From contig NW_021828668.1 of the NCBI RefSeq assembly GCF_006345805.1, positions 1 to 8,042 on the forward strand: 8,042 bases of DNA, read 5' to 3'. Below, piece by piece: positions 5,956-8,042 of the stretch; position 1 is the stretch's first letter; each line of letters starts with the position of its first letter. Source of the stretch: Octopus sinensis. Its lineage: Eukaryota. A program made the position numbers and the translations under genes. The notes beneath the pieces were generated by a model. It was given only the letters and a program-made list of their open reading frames with translations. It was not told where the DNA came from and did no database searches.

Positions 5956-6525
5956 CAGGTTTCACCACTGTGTGACTTTTCACAGTACACCCAGAGTTCA
6001 CTGTTTTTTAAGTATGTGTACATTTGGTATGTTTTCAGACGGTTTATATTTTATCTCTTTTTTATTGTTTTTATTTTCATGATTTGTTTTTCTAATGTTG
6101 GTCTTGCTTGTAATGAAGCCATTTTATGATATCCAGAGTTTGTTTGTGTCGATTATGTGCTGTATTGATTTATGTTATATTCCTGTAAAAGAAACATGTA
6201 CGAGTTTTGTTGAATTCAGAGTGTCTACCTAAACAGCACGTTCAGTTTAAATGTGTTAGCGCCAGATTGTGTAACACAAAAATCTAAACGGTTTGAGTCC
6301 TAGATTGACATTCAAGTTTTCGTTTATGTACTTTTTATCAGGCCTGGACCACAAAATATTGTTGGTGTCGTTTTTGTTCTTAGACCTTTCATGAAAACCA
6401 TTGTTAATTTTCGTGTTGGCTGTATCATAAATCCAATCTTGAATGATAGTTGAAAGGTTTCGAGAGATTTTTCCTCTTAATATTTCGTTACAATTTTTCA
6501 GTCGTACTTTGGTTTTCATCGCTTT

Positions 6526-7211
6526 GGTCGTCCAGGCCTTCTACGTGGTACCCTGGACATATATCATACAGAATAGCTCCGAGTCGACCAATGCATTTTG
6601 AGGGAATTTGGCAGACGTTAACTGTACAGTAGCCCCTTGTAAATGTTCGTGTATGTATGTATGTATGTATGTATGTATGTATGTATGTATGTATGTATGT
6701 ATCTGTGTGTGTATGTATGCATTTATTATGCATGTATGTATGTGTGTCTGTATGTATGCATGAATGCATCTATGCATGTATTTATGTATGTGTGAGTATG
6801 TGTGTACGTGTATGTATGTATGTATGTGTACATGTATGTTTGTATGTGTGTATGTATGTATGTGTGTATGTATGAATGTATGTGTGTATATGTATATGTG
6901 TGTGTATATGTGTATGTATGTATATATGTATGTATGTATGTATGTATGTGTCTATGTGTGTCTCTGTGTGTATGTCTGTATGTATGTGTGTTTTGTATGC
7001 CTCTTTGGGTTTGTATTTCCTCTCTTCACAACCAGTGTTGGTTCATTTATGTTCACATCCTTAGCGGCCGCCTGAAGAAACGAAGCCGTTAAAATAGGTC
7101 CCAGCCTTAAACATAACTTCTGGGATCGATTTACTCTCTTAAACCCTCCAACATTGTTTCCCCATCATGGCCGCTGACAAATAACTGAAACAAGTAAAAG
7201 AATAACAGAAT
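6526..7211 (+). mobile_element. Old, diverged family-A SINE lacking a recognisable 5' head, with a greatly expanded internal microsatellite
   Basis: 6526-6645 aligns to the family-A 5' body (CGTGGTACCCTGGACA..ATAGCTCCGAGTCGACCAATGC..TGAGGGAATTTGGCAGACG..AACTG). ~7025-7211 aligns to the 3' half (ACAACC..CTTAGCGG..CTGGGATCGATTT..CATGGCCGC..ACTGAAACAAGTAAAAGA). Confidence 0.8.
6649..6990. repeat. (TATG)n/(TG)n compound microsatellite inside the old SINE A
   Basis: Pure (TATG)n at ~6652-6702, then degenerate. Confidence 0.95.
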
Positions 7212-7611
7212 ATACGAATAATAGAATAGCAGTAGTTTTGGGCTCTGACTTATTGCTATAGGGTAATATAATAGATGTTTTCTATTTTGAAATGGCGTGG
7301 TTGATATTCTTAGTATTAGAGCTGATATTTTTACAGGAGTGTGTTATGTTATTGGAATCTTTTTCTGGTAATCAATCCATACTATACTGAGTGATTATTT
7401 TCTTTTAATATTCTTTTATTTCTTTCGTCTTTTAGCTCTGTTTAATAAATGCTCACTTTACAAATAGCTGCCCTTTTCATCCCCATATCCCCTTCTGATA
7501 CCATTTCTGTATTTCTCTTAAGATATTATTATCCTCCAGATGAGAAACCAACCTGCTGGAGAGTATTCATGTCAATTGGTAAACAAGCTATCACTCTGTA
7601 ATTCTAGAAGG

Positions 7612-7612
<1 letters not shown>

Positions 7613-7698
<86 letters not shown>
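7613..7698. repeat. (TTA)n trinucleotide microsatellite
   Basis: Read directly; one 1-nt slip near 7654. Confidence 0.97.
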
Positions 7699-7699
<1 letters not shown>

Positions 7700-7912
7700 G
7701 GCGAGCTGGCATAATCGTTAGCACGCCGGGCAAAATCCTTAGGGTATTTCATCCGTCTTTACGTTCTGGGTTCAAATGCCGCCGAGGTCGATTTATCTTT
7801 CATCTTTTCGGGATCGATAAAATAAGTACCAGTGAAACACTGGTGGGGGGGGGGCATGTAACCGACTCATCTCCACTTCCCACCGAGCTACCGTTTTGGC
7901 ACAAAATTGAAA
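7698..7912 (+). mobile_element. Family-B SINE (tail variant 2), followed by an (ATA)/(TTA) tract
   Basis: A-box-like TGGCATAATCG (7707-7717), B-box-like GGTTCAAATGC (7769-7779), body GAGGTCGA..TTTCATC.TTTCGGG.TCGATAAAATAAGTACCAG, and tail ..GGCACAAAATTGAAA. Confidence 0.88.
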
Positions 7913-7944
7913 TAATAATAAAAACTATTATTATTATTACTATT

Positions 7945-8042
7945 AATGCGGCAAGCTGGCAGAATTGTTAGCTCGCCGGGTGAAATACTTTAGGTTATTT
8001 CGTCCTCTTTATGTTCTGAGTTCAAATTCCGCCGAGGTCGAC
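7945..8042 (+). mobile_element. 5' part of another family-B SINE, truncated by the window edge
   Basis: GCGGCAAGCTGGCAGAATTGTTAGCTCGCCGGGTGAAAT...CTGAGTTCAAATTCCGCCGAGGTCGAC. Confidence 0.88.

Noticed and set aside
5967-5986. Short inverted repeat ACTGTG..CACAGT
   Set aside because: A 6-bp stem is expected by chance.
6090-6197. - strand acceptor-like TTTCTTTTACAG followed by AAAATGGCT
   Set aside because: All three frames stop shortly after the acceptor, and the ATG opens only 23 codons.
7540-7971. Longest ORF (143 aa) with a poly-I/poly-L stretch that looks transmembrane
   Set aside because: Produced by (TTA)n plus a family-B SINE. The CCAG|ATG..TTG|GTAAAC micro-exon-like signal at 7540-7578 is too weak to support.

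Overview
AT-rich, microsatellite-dense, non-coding eukaryotic DNA made almost entirely of interspersed repeats. The SINE sequences resemble octopus/cephalopod SINEs as I recall them; this is an inference, not a database result. No protein-coding gene is supportable, and most listed ORFs are microsatellite or SINE translations. Contents: (1) the frameshifted 3' end of an RTE-clade LINE (1-269). (2) Two tRNA-derived SINE families: A, with an internal (TA)/(TG) microsatellite and a GAGTAAA-type tail, and B, about 220 bp. Together they give about ten copies or fragments, including two nested insertions, a head-to-head pair and a tandem pair beside (TTA)n. (3) A 436-bp MITE-like element with perfect 29-bp TIRs and internal (CCCTAA)n telomere-type repeats (3508-3943). 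(4) The most interesting feature: a ~120-bp inverted repeat in a (TA)n field (2597-2720) built from two head-to-head minimal type I hammerhead ribozyme motifs of the Penelope-like retroelement kind. The + strand motif is nearly intact and the - strand motif is decayed.
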